Below are positions 1-12,147 of a stretch of DNA of 64,000 nt, piece by piece (the stretch's first letter is position 1; the number at the start of each line of letters is the position of its first letter). Position numbers and translations under genes: made by a program. The notes below the pieces were generated by a model that was not told the DNA's origin, did not search any database, and saw only the letters and a program-made list of their open reading frames with translations. This DNA is from Auanema rhodensis (Eukaryota > Animalia > Nematoda): NCBI GenBank assembly GCA_964057225.1, contig OZ059895.1, positions 14,694,001 through 14,758,000 on the forward strand, in the 5' to 3' direction.

Positions 1-3000
1 GAAGAGCATGAAGGAATGCAGACAGACCTTCCATCAAAACAAGAATGAAAACAGATAAACTTCCGAAAATGAAGAAAAGGACGTAGGTTGCAATTGCTCC
101 AACATATCCATCCAAGCCGAAAGCGTGTCTGAAGACCATAGTCCACAAGACGTCAGATAATTCTAAAGAGAAGAGATGAAGATCGGCATTTGAAAATAAA
201 TGACATACGAGCGTGAGCCAAAGAAAGAGCCCAGAGTCGGAGATATGATGCGGTGTGAGAGATGCATCCAAGTACGAATTCAATTGTATGAATAGCCTGG
301 TAGACCATAAGATCTGTCATATCAAGCTGGAATAGAGAGCAACTATAAAACAGAAACAAAACAGAAGCACTTACTGGACCATCTCCATGACCATGTCCAC
401 CGGCATCAGGCTTAGGCTCATGGTGAACTACTTCAACTTCGTCACCATTCATATCAGCACGAACACTCTGAATAGGCTAAATAAAGAGAAGAAAGCAGTA
501 ATATCCATCCCCATAACCAACGTTACTCGTAACAAGCACATGCAGACAAAGTTTTGGATTGTTAATGGATGCTTTTCGTAAAATAAAGTTTTCGGCACAG
601 GCACAACACAAGCACTACACAAATCAAAATACCGTGAAGACGACTGTCGAATTTGTACTGTACGATCGTAGTTCGTTAGGTTTTTTTTAAATTGCGCTCT
701 CTTTTTGGGTTTAAGGATGTTTAGTATCGTATTCTAACGGACCTCATTTTGTAATGACTCATACTGTTGCTGCTTAAGCAGCCTTCTGCGTAGCAGAAAA
801 GGTTTGGCGAAGAGCATGACTGGAACTTGAACAACAGCTACGACATACAGTACAATTTCAACGACCGCCTATAATAATAATATTTATTACGAACCAATTG
901 TTGATGTCCAGCTGAACGTCGCTCTTTATCAGCTTTCCAAATCATATAAGGTTTTCCGAAAAGCATTACTGGAACGCACGCAAGTGCGATCAGTACGAAT
1001 AAAGTTTCAAAGAAAGACTGTAAAAGGTATTAAATGTTTTTGATCTCATACAAGAACGACGACACGAATTTTATATATTAAAATATTAAATTTATGTGCC
1101 AACCTGTCCAGGATACCAAAGGTTCAAGTAACATTGACTAAGAGTATCTGCACCAGGAACATTGCCTTCTACGTAACCACTATCACGAGATTTCATCATA
1201 AACATATTGATCAATCCAATAAGCAAAGATGGGGCACAATTAGATCCTGGATAGTAATAACCAAGCACACTCATACCTCCCTAAATACCCAAAAACTTAG
1301 AACCTTCTATAATCTAAAAATTATACCTCAGCTGAGAAAAAGAGCCACTTTGCTAGTATTTGAAGACAAAGATACATGAATATACAAGCGAGGAAAAGCA
1401 TTTGGGGAATGAACATGAACTTGATATCGAGATCAGATTTGAAATATCTTTAACAAAAAATTAAAGCTGAAAGCAATGTTTTAAACTTACTTGTAATTAT
1501 GATAACTGAGTAAAACCCCGAAAGTCATTTGTCCAATTCCGAGAATAACGGAAGATTTCATTTTCATGGAGTTAAGGAAGGATAACTTATTAGATTCAGC
1601 CAAATTCCAAACTGGATCAACACCAATTGGATAGGGTCCAGAAGCATTCTTAAAATAATTAAAGCTTAAGCAACGCATAATCAAGAGAAACTTACATCAT
1701 AGGCCCATTCAGGAATAAGCATGATATTAGCTTCAGGGTTATGGAAGGAATCCAAATATGCTTCAGAGAATGGGTTAGCCCATGCTGATCCAAAGATGTT
1801 GAAACTCTTTGAAAAAGCGTCATTATATAAGAATCCAGTATATATGGAGAAAGCTCCCATAAGGAAAATGATGTAACGACCTCCAAAGAAAGTTTGGAAA
1901 ATCTAAAATTGAGCATTTTGAAAAGTTATAGAAAACTGAACCAACTTCATCTTTAATTCTGGCAGCCTCTAGTTGTTTTTCTTTTAAAATCAAGAAGAGA
2001 GCGGCAGCAAGCATAATGGCACCATGTCCCATATCACCGAACATGACAGCGAAAAGGAATGGAAAACTAACCATCGTATACGGAGCTAAACATTAAAACT
2101 TTTTTTAACTTCAATAGTAAATTAGAAATACCTGGATTAATTTCTCGGTAAGTGGAAATACCATAAGCATCAACAATTCCTTGGAAAGCTGATGTAAACT
2201 TATTAGTTTTGTGATAAGTTGGTGGAGAAGCAGTTGTTTCCATTCGATTAAGAATAGATGGAACTTGACTTCCGCTTTCCTCCTGGAAAAAATTGTATAC
2301 TAATCAAGAATTCGAAAAAAAAACATACAGTTCCTCTCTTCAAGGCCATTCGGATACGGTCTAGCTCCTTAACTGGGCACCAAACTTCAGCAATCAAACA
2401 TTTCTATATCAATATAGATGAGAACTATAGTTACAAATGAGCTTATACCTGGGTTACATCAATGTTGAAAAGGTTAAGTGTATGGTAGATGGATTTGATT
2501 TTCCGAACTTTGGTGAACCACATACGAACATTCTTGGAAGCAGCTACCAAGACACGATGACGATGATCTTGAGTTTGTCCCAGAACAGTTTTAAGATCTT
2601 CAATTCTGGTCATAACTCCAATTGACATCTCTCTTCTTTCTTGATTAGTATCAGGACATGGATATAAGGTAGCACGGAATCTTTAAGCATTATCATGAAA
2701 ATTGTTCAAATTTCAAGCAACCATACCCTTCACATATTTTTTTGACTTTAGTTTTGAGCTGATCTCCTTGGAAGAAGATAATGAAAACAGTCTTGTTAAC
2801 AGACTCGCCCTGAAAAAATATTTTGATATCAAGATAAGAGATTGGCATGAAAAACTTACAGTTACGGTGTCATTAAGAACATCATCGATTTCAGAGGTTC
2901 TGAGGAATACATTACCTCTACAAGCTCTCCAAAGTAAACGTTCAAAAGCAGGTAAACGTTCTCTTTGAATTACTCCAGCAACAAATCTAATAAATAAATC

Positions 3001-4637
3001 ATGAAAGGTCGCCTGAAGATCCTTGACACAATATCAAAACTTCACAACATCTGTCATAAATCGAACACGCTTTACAACAACAGATTACAAACAGAATAGT
3101 TAATTCGAATAAATTCAAATGAATTAACCTAGAAAATGGAACAAAAATGTAAAAAAAGCTTCGTACCGTAGCTGAAGCTTAAGTGGAGCGTGATCCGAGT
3201 GCTGAACTGATAACTCATAATCTTCTGTTGTATCCGAAGAAGCCATAAGATCCTCATGCTAACAACACAACATATATACAAACAATACGAAAACACCAAA
3301 AAAATTGATGGGGGTGACTAACAAGAATTCCGTGCAGGTATGATGAATAAGAAAAAATACCGGAGAAATAGAGGTACACCAAAAGGATTACATGCTACAC
3401 CATACATGGACAACGAATATCTTACCCAAAGTTGTTAAACATAGTTCCAGTTGCTACTGGCGCAGAGGTTAGTTCCATTGTTTCAGAATCACTTGGATCG
3501 CCCGGAGGGATCATGTTTTCCGTCCCTGCCTGTTTAGTAAAGGATTAGAAAGATAAAATAAGGAAACCCATTAATTTGACATAGACAAACAACATCAAGG
3601 GGAAGGTGTCAAATATATATATATAGCAAAGCATTTCGGAGAAAAATAGAGGAGAAATGAAGAAATGGACAGACAGATGTGAAGTAGTGACATTGTGATT
3701 CCTAACTATAGGTTTCAAAGCCGTACCCTAAACGCTTTGCAGCAGCACCGGGAATACTAGACATATAATCATCATCCTGGGTGGCAGTAGTTATGAGAGG
3801 TTCATTTTCGTCCCCAAGAGTTCTTCTTCTTTCTCCAATCAGGTTACGATCATGCTCGACCTTCACAATCACAAATATAAGGAAGATTAAGCGTGTCAAT
3901 TTTTGTTTAGAACAATCTAGCTATGCTCGAGCCCCCCTGTATGTTATAAACATGCGGCGTATGAAAGCGGTTGGAAACTAATACTATAAATTGACTAAAC
4001 AGGCTAAGTGTTAGATCTAGCTATTAGTGCACACCCATCCAAAAAACAAAAAATACCTCTTCGAAGAATATTTGAGTCTTTCTCAAAATATGCTTAAGTT
4101 CAGTTAGCTCAGAAAAGTTTTTCTGTAGCGTTTCCTCGTTTCTATTAACTTCACGAACTTCATTCTCAAGCTTTTCAAACGTAGCCTTCAAATATAGATA
4201 TAAGCTTGCGGCGTTCACAAAACAAATTAACCTCAAGATCAATCATTTCACGAGGCTGAGGAGCATCAGGATTTTCCCCAGTGTCAAGCATTGGTATTTG
4301 ATCTTTCTTGATCTCTCTTTCCAAATATCCTTTAAATTATACAATTAGTAATGCAGTTGTTTCAAAATTACATACTTAGTTTTCTTTCCATTTCATCGCA
4401 GCGTCTAACTTCGCTAACGAACTTTCGTTGAAAAGCACTAGCTTCAGAATTGAGCTTAAACAACATCTTGTATTAAAAATTTAAATGATATTAACGTACA
4501 TCACGGAATTGTACAAGACCAAGTTCTCCTAACTCAGCCACACATTGGTAAGCAGCTTCAGACTGTAAAAAGAGTTGAGCGAGGCACATCTCCTCGCTCC
4601 GGTAGATGCCCGCGCGGGGCTCCTCCAGCTCATTCAT
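1..4637 (-). CDS. unc-32: V-type H+-ATPase V0 a subunit (multi-exon; 3' end runs off the window)
   Basis: Spliced exons give [17 protein letters not shown]..., [43 protein letters not shown] and [28 protein letters not shown]. It has the unc-32-type sets of 3 and 2 mutually exclusive exons and lies next to lin-9. Confidence 0.95.
539..622 (-). promoter_or_regulatory. Intronic splicing elements: RBFOX site TGCATG (539-544) and UNC-75/CELF-type UG-rich tract TTGTGTTGTG (602-611)
   Basis: Motifs read on the minus strand in the intron downstream of the 7b-equivalent exon, where C. elegans unc-32 carries the same element types. Confidence 0.7.
743..1017 (-). other. unc-32: Two mutually exclusive exons equivalent to unc-32 7a/7b: 895-1017 and 743-868
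   Basis: Paralogous TM segments [23 protein letters not shown]... and [23 protein letters not shown]..., separated by only 26 nt. Confidence 0.9.
3167..3860 (-). other. unc-32: Three mutually exclusive exons equivalent to unc-32 4a/4b/4c: 3727-3860, 3426-3529, 3167-3258
   Basis: Each is AG/GT bounded with length mod 3 = 2 (134, 104, 92 nt). They encode VEHDR...KRLG, AGTENM...NNFG and HEDLMAS...KLQLR between the same flanking exons. Confidence 0.9.
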
Positions 4638-5042
4638 TTCTAAAATTCATAAAACTACATGAATTTTCATTAAAATAGCTTAATAAATCAGAGAATATAT
4701 TAAGAAAGAAAAATTGAGAATAAAAGCCTCAGTCCAGGAAAATCCATAAATGAGTGAGAGGGGAGGAAACGGGAGCCTGGCCAACACGGCATATATAGAA
4801 ATTCGATAAAGGCCGCGCTCGCGGCGTGCACAGCAGTGCATTTACAAACAAAGAAAAAATGGGTAGAAGAATCGGTGAGAATATTCTTATTGCTTTCTAA
4901 GAGAATCGAAGTAGTGCACAACGATTTTTATCTTATCATTAAATATGGTAACCGTGCCAAAATATGCGGTGATAACAAATCACTGATGAGAATTAAAATT
5001 AGATTTCAATATCTTTCTTGCATATTGAATCGCCTGTGGATG

Positions 5043-5180
5043 AAAAAGTAATAGCTTTGTGCCAAAGACAGCACTGTTTCTCTGTACGTTAGGTGATACA
5101 TTATTTTACTCACCGAGGATATCGCCTCTGGCTATATCAATAAATTATGTGTGTCACCACTGTCGTCAAGACGGGTTCTA
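5043..5180 (-). ncRNA. Candidate structured small RNA (U6-like) with an upstream motif shared with the SL1 genes
   Basis: TTGACGACAGT-GGTGACAC (5151-5169) resembles TTGACGGCACTGGGAGGTGACAC upstream of the SL1 genes. Downstream are several hairpins, TACAGAGAA and a T5 run. Confidence 0.3.
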
Positions 5181-5356
5181 AGGGTTTTCGTGGTAAGACC
5201 TACCCTTGGCTAACGGCCAGGTACCCGCGCAGTAAAAAAATTTGAACCTAGTTAATAACCTCTGCTTCTTCTAAGAATTAAAAAAATTTGGTTCTTGAAA
5301 AAATCCCTTCAAAACTATTTGAAAAACAAAAAAAAATTTATATTGTCTTATTCAGA

Positions 5357-7856
5357 ATGGAGGCAAGTACTCCGGAGAGCCCTGCTTCAAAAAAAAAAGC
5401 AAGACCTGGGAGTGCAATTCCTTTGGTATAAATTTATATAGTTTTCTGTTATAAATTCGTTGTTATTAGTTAAGAGATAAAGCTCCTAGCACTCCATATA
5501 AATTAAGAGAAGGATCTAAACTACCTTCGAGGTATAGAGATGAAGAACCTACTCCTGTCATAAAGCTCCGGAGTCCCGCTAAAACAAGAAGCCCCCAAAA
5601 GTAACTACAACCCGTAATATTCAATACACATATTCTTCTAGGCTTTCTAATGTGGTTAATCGTTCATCTCCAGCTCGTAGAGCTTTAGGAAAAAACGAAC
5701 CTAATACCACGGTTTGATTGTTTAGCATGCAATCAAAATATTTCTTAGTTTTACAGAACGGGCCATCCACTAGTTTTTCCGTACCTGAAGTTGTTCCGAA
5801 AACCGAGGTAAGATAGATAAGGATGCTGTGAAGCTTCCCATTTTTACAGCCAACTACACCAGTTTCTTCAAATTTTCGTGATCCTGTGTACTATAATCAA
5901 AGTGCCTCCAATGTAAGTTTCAATTAAATTAAGCTATTCTGGAACATTCTATTATAGACTGAACCTGTGTCATCTCTTGTAGAGAAATCTGAAGTTTATT
6001 CTAGTCATATAATCCAGGATCGTAAAACTAGTCTTAGGTTTTCTTTGTTAATTATCAAATTATAATATTTATGTTTAGTCGACAACTACCTGATGCTGAT
6101 GTTGGTGGTCGCGTTGGTCTGCAGAGACTACAGCATTTGCTTTCTCTCAATAAGGTTAGCATTTGAATAAAGTAATATTATCAAATTTATATTGTTTAGG
6201 CTAGGCGCTGGACAGTGTGTGAATTTTTTTATTCAGCTGTGGATGAGCAGTTATTTCTGGCTGACAATGAGTTCCAGCAAGTTCTACAAGAATCTTTTCC
6301 CAATCTCAAAACTATGATGTTAAATAAACAAGAATGGAGAACTATTCGACGTTTACTAGGTAAGATATGCTAATTTTTCAAATTTCATAATTTTCTTTAA
6401 AGGTAAACCTCGGCGCTGCTCTCCTCAGTTCTTTACTGAAGAAAGAATATCACTCGAGCATAGACGAAGCAAAATACGATCCATATACGAAGCTTCTTTC
6501 TTTTCCAGTGCTGATGCCGATCTTTCTGACCTTCCTATGAAGCTTCCTCGTCCTCTAGTAGTTGGAATGCGGGTAAGCAGTTTTTTATTTTTATAACTCA
6601 AATTTTGAAATTCTAAATTCAGGTTTATGCTAGAATTCACTCACCAAAAGATGGTATATACGGTGGAACTATAGATGCTGTTTTAAAAAATGGATATCGA
6701 GTTATCTTCGAAAAGGTTCTTTTAATCTATTTTTCTATTAGTCTTGATATTTATTCAGGAAGACATGATACCACCATTAGAAGTTCCCGATAGTCAAGTA
6801 ATGTTGGATGGACGTTTGGAACTTGTACAGTTAAATTATTTCATTGAACAATGTACCGCTAAAATGTCTTTCTCAGCAGGCCGATTGAGTAAGCTCTAAG
6901 AAAATTAATTAATCACAATTGTATCTCTCAGCGTTCCCTCCAGCTATTGCTAACCCGGATAGAAGGCAAGATATAGTCGCACTAGCTCATAGCAAAATGC
7001 AGAGGAAACAGCCTGCAGGTGCAGGTAAACGAGAGCACTGTTATATTTTATTTTATGTTTAGTTTCAGGAAGTGATAAAGTCGGAAATTTCCCCGTACGC
7101 ATGCTGGTCATCCTTGTCAAACTTTCAAAGCTTATTGATCTTAAGAAAAAGTATATTCGACAGCTCTGTGAGCTCAACAATGAAGCAGAACGAGCGAATC
7201 TGTTAACTGATGTGTATCATCCAACGTTTCAAGTATGTTTCACTATACTTCATATCAATTTTGAATTTGTAGGAGAAGTACGCTCAAGTTGTAATTGATC
7301 TAGAGTCAATCAATAAACAAATAAGTATGTATCTTCAAGGTATACAAGAATATAACACTCAATTAATTCCGCAATTAAGTGAAGTATAACAACATTTAGC
7401 AAACAAATTGTGTATAAACTATTTTTCCAGGTTAATTTGGCAAGTCGTCCTGATAGTTTAAGGCGAATAACAGCTACACATGCGCAACAAATAGTTAAAC
7501 ACTGTAATCAAGGTCTGAATGTTCAGAATACCAGGGCTCTTGGCCTCATCACATCGCTCACTTCTTTACTACTCCAGGTTAGTTCTGAAAAATTGTTTGT
7601 AGTTAATTTCTTTTTCTTATTTCAGATTCGAACATTAGGACAGCAAAAACTAACACCATTAGATATGCAAACTTTAGCTGAATCAATAAAAGAAATTCGT
7701 TCTATGGTTCTGAATATGGAGCATTCCGTTAGATTAATCTTATATTCATTTCAGGTTTCTCCTAAAAATGCTGCTTGGTTCCAGGACCATGTTGAAGTTC
7801 ATATGAAACAAATTCATAATATGATGCTTCAGAGTGGAGCTCTCTCTAGCCGGTAA
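5357..7856 (+). CDS. lin-9: LIN-9/Mip130 DRM (DREAM) complex subunit
   Basis: DIRP-domain region ARRWTVCEFFYSAVDEQLF...EWRTIRRLLGKPRRCSPQFFTEER, then LPRPLVVGMRVYAR...GIYGGTIDAV and KVGNFPVRMLVILVKLSKLIDLKK. Confidence 0.93.
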
Positions 7857-8071
7857 TAAGTAGACATTTAACCTTCGATAAGATGTACTTAGAGTGCTTC
7901 CTTTTCTTTGGGCGTTTTATTATATTTATATATACATATATTGTAATGAATATAAATAAGCTTAGCTTGGTACTTATACCATTACGTGTTATCGGCTTTA
8001 TATCGTTTTTGTATTCAGTTATTTGTATAATATTTAAATTAAAGTAAATCCAAGGTTTTCCATTCCTTGGT

Positions 8072-8945
8072 ATGACAGATTTCTACAACTCGTCAATAAA
8101 TGCTGAGCTGTCAGATGTATTAAGAGAGGTTTGGATTAATGATGCTTCTGGGGAAAATGGGTTAGGAATCTTGATCTGAAGGAATTTGAAATATTCTTTT
8201 AGAAACAGCAACTTTAACCAAACAGAAACCACTCATGAGGAAAACGGAGAAATTATCGAAACTCCAAACAACAGTTTAGTTTTAGAATCAGGTTTGTACA
8301 CAAAATCACCTAGAAGCAACATTTTTGCTTCCCTTTACAGATTTATTTTTTAATCCACCTGAAGAGGAAGAAGTAACTATAAAAGAAGAAGAATGGGTGA
8401 CTATTCATAGAGAAAAAGAAGCTGGATTGACTGATACAGTGAATGAGATGGTCTCTAGTATTAAACGAGGTTTCGTCGTGGTATCTGTGCTTTGTATAAC
8501 ATCGATTACAGCATGGCAACCGAGTCCTCATGTAGAACGTGATATCAAACGATCTCCAGATTCTGTTGCGAGAACGTTCAATAATAACTCTGCCCGATAT
8601 AATTCGAATTCCAATAATATAGAGTTAAGAGTTAGCAATTGACCAATCATAATCAGTGATTTGAAGAATCTGGCCGAATGTGGAGAAAGTTCAGAATTCT
8701 TATCATGCAGGAATGGCAAATTTACAGACAGACTTTGTTTACGGGAACCAACAGCCTATTTCTCGAGAAAATCAACATCCTGCTATTCAGCAAGCTCTCA
8801 CTCATTCATTGCACAATCGACAGCAAGCTCACAATCATCCTCAACATGCTGTTCAACATCACCACGCTAATATTCTTCAGCAAAATCAACGTCATATACA
8901 GCAACAGCAACAATTGCAAAACATTCAACAACAAATGCAAAACAT

Positions 8946-9014
<69 letters not shown>

Positions 9015-11741
9015 ACAGCAGCAACATCAGCAACATAACTACTCAAGATCACAGGCTGCAGCAATTACATCGCAGATACATAGTAATGTACCGAATCGTA
9101 TTCCTATTCATTACCAACAGGATAATCGTTTTTCTTCTTCGAATCAGTATGTTTCCACGATCAAGATGCTTCTAATTTTCATCTTTACAGAGGAGCTTAT
9201 TCAATGCAGTATAATTCGACATATTCGGGGCCTCATAATTTTTCTGCGAATACGATATCATCTGCATCGGCTCATGTTTCGAACAATAGTGGTAACTCCA
9301 CTAATGTTCTAAACAATGGAAACACGTTGTCATTTTTCTCCACCCCAATGGTAATGGCAATGCCTGTCTTTGAGAAATCAGTTGTTGGTTCTATGCCTCC
9401 GAATAACGGCACCAATGTTACAAACAATCAGCTCAATAATAAAATTAATATTAATAACCATAGTAATAGCAATGGAGGTATTTCTAAGGTTTTCATGCTT
9501 AGGAATGTTTTCCATTTTAAGGCCGACTTAATCAATTTGCCAGATCTATATCCGAATCTAGACAGCAAGTTGGTAGCTCTGTTCTATCAGCACCCACAGC
9601 TACTGTTCCTTCCTCTACATCCGCTTCCTCTCAAAGCGCTAATTTACAAGATTATTTTATACCAACAATGCGTTTCAGTAAAGATTTTAACAAAACGTAC
9701 AAAAGTTAGAAAGACTTAAGAATTAGAAGCATAAACAGTTTTTTGAAGAAACGGTAGCTGAATCTTCACAATCAAACATTCCCAATTGCACTAGCACATT
9801 GCCACTCGATTTCGCTTCTAGTTAGATTCAGTTATATATATTTCATGTTTTAGATGAATTTCAGAGTTTTCGGAGGATGTAAACACTCTCAAGATCTCTA
9901 CAACTACTGAAAACTCCACAACACAGTCTTTCGATTTAGATGATAGGTTAGCAATAATTTAGTAATTAAAGTGTTTCGATGCATGTTTAGGAATGAAATA
10001 AGGGATCAGAGGCCTTTCAAAGTTTCGGTTCCAGTAAGGATTCGAGTAATGATTTCTCTTTATATTTTTTGTTGTTGAAGGGGTCAGATTTTGTCGAAGA
10101 TGAGAACGAAATTTCAATTTCTAAAACGACAGATCGATAGTGAGGCATCTGCCTGATTGTTTAGACTATTCTATTGCTTTACAGTTGTGATTTCCCTATC
10201 AAGAATAAAACCATAACAACTCTAATTACAAGCAATGGGCTGCCAAGAGTTTTCAGTAGTTCGCTGGAATGTACTTCATCAACATGTGTCAGTGCTCGTA
10301 TTAGAAATCAGAAAAAGGTTTTGAAAAATAGAGAAACTCAAACGGTATTCAGATTAATCGTACTAATTGCTATTTCCTTTTTTAAGAATACCATTCCCAA
10401 AGTTAGTGAGTCGGTTGTATTTCCTGCCATGACTGATTGGCCTGGTAATGGAGGATCATTGAAAGTTGTTCGTGATTTTAAATCTCTATTGTACTTAATA
10501 TATAATTTCCAGCACCGACCTCATCTATGCGATCAGTCTAGAATTATTATATGCAGAGTTCTAGCTTACAATAGAGAAATGGCTAAAAGGTTTTAAAATT
10601 AGTATTATATAATAATAATATCATTCTAGACTTGGAAATGTTTGTGGAAATACACCTTTTGCTCAGCCAGATTTACTTACTGCTGCCATGACTGGTTTTA
10701 AGGTACGAAATATATTTTTGTGATGGGAAATCATTGAATGTTGTGTTATTATAGTTGAACGTTGTGAGACAATGTGAAGACAAAAAATTGGAGCTACTTA
10801 AATGTACTGACAAAGGCCCATTCACCACTCTGGTACATAATCAAATTTTGATCCTTTTTATCTTTATATTTAAAGGCAACACAGAAAGTAAGAGAAGAAG
10901 CTAGAGAACGGTTAGCATTAGTTTTTGGTGTTAGTGATGATGAAGACTGTGGTCCTCGAAGTCCACGAACAAAAGGGTGAGTCTTAAAAATATTCGTGCC
11001 TGTCCTGTTTTTGCTTTGCCCTGATTATTGAATCAGGATTTATTTGAAATAGGTTTGAAACTTAACTATTATCAATTGAAAGCTATGTGATACATTTATT
11101 GTAATGTAAATATTACCGTAATTACCTTTGATATTCTGGTTCAATAGCTGCATAAACGAATGCGACCAATTCTGGGCGCTAGGCATGCAAAATGATTAAT
11201 TTACGTGAAATTCACGTGGAATTTAATTTTGAAATAGTGTTTTCTTTCAAGTGTCGAGAAAAACGAAAGTATTCGACGTTCCGAGAGAGTTCATAAACAA
11301 TCTACTCGATTTTCTTTTGATTCATGTAAGCTTAGTTTCCCATTTTTTCAAATATTTCACAATGTTTTAGTTGATACTCGTTGGGATGAATATAATCCTA
11401 AATTGAAAAGCTTGGTTAAGCGTGAGTATCGAAAAAGAAGTTCTGCTGAATCTTCGTAAGTTGATTTTAGACTTTCTCTACTTTATAAATATATTTCAAG
11501 TGATGAATTGTTTACGGAAGATTATGCGGTCGAGAAATGCCTTGAAGATATTTTATGTAAAGTTTGCGACCAGGAAGTTTTAAGTGAAACAGATAGGTAT
11601 TTCTTTTGTTTTTATTGATTTGTTTCTGATTTGTTGTGATTTAGTTCGGGACAAGAACAAAGCTCTGATCATTTGATTAAAAAGCGCAAAGTTGGCAGAC
11701 CACCCAAAAAACTTCTTATGTATAGAAGCCATCTACTGTAG
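8072..11741 (+). CDS. Uncharacterised probable nuclear protein: polyQ/N-rich region, central conserved-looking domain, C-terminal AT-hook-like KRKVGRPPKK
   Basis: Consistent chain of GT-AG exons; CAA/CAG polyQ; globular segment ...HRPHLCDQSRIIICRVLAYNREMAKRLGNVCGNTPFAQPDLLTAAMTGFK. The exact 3' end is uncertain. Confidence 0.7.
8899..9035 (+). repeat. CAA/CAG trinucleotide tract encoding polyglutamine
   Basis: Directly visible; it explains the overlapping poly-N/L/V ORFs in other frames. Confidence 0.95.
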
Positions 11742-12147
11742 ATATTTGAAATTTTTCTACACATTTTCACAGCTCAGGTTTTGCATTTGTATTGACGTTT
11801 AGTCCCACGAATTTTATATTTTTTTACGTGTATATTCTTGTCATTCATCCATTGCTTTAATTTTACCCTCAGCCATATTCGATCTTTGGGATCTTTTTTC
11901 TACCTTCTTACTTTTTACCGCTACGGTTCAGTTTTCCAATTGTTATGGACTTTTTACTTGTTTCAGTTGTGTTCATTCTTCTTTTGTTTTTAACCTATTT
12001 CTTTTTTGTTCTTTTTTTTTTCATTACATCATACATTTTTCACGAAGAAAAATTGCTATACTTAAACTAATGGATTATAATTCCAACTTATTCTTGAAAT
12101 AATCTGTTTTAACTTGGATTTATTTGTTAAATGCTTATGTTTCAGCT

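Noticed and set aside
4983-5081. Hammerhead core (CTGATGA) or piRNA Ruby motif (CTGTTTC)
   Set aside because: No hammerhead stems with a properly placed GAAA; the Ruby core is imperfect (CTGTTTCT) and isolated.
5222-5246. CDE-CHR (DRM autoregulatory) site upstream of lin-9
   Set aside because: CCCGCGC and TTTGAA are both present but ~10 nt apart rather than the usual short spacing; not supportable from sequence alone.
8678-9175. Poly-N, poly-L and poly-V ORFs
   Set aside because: Alternative frames and antisense of the polyQ exon.
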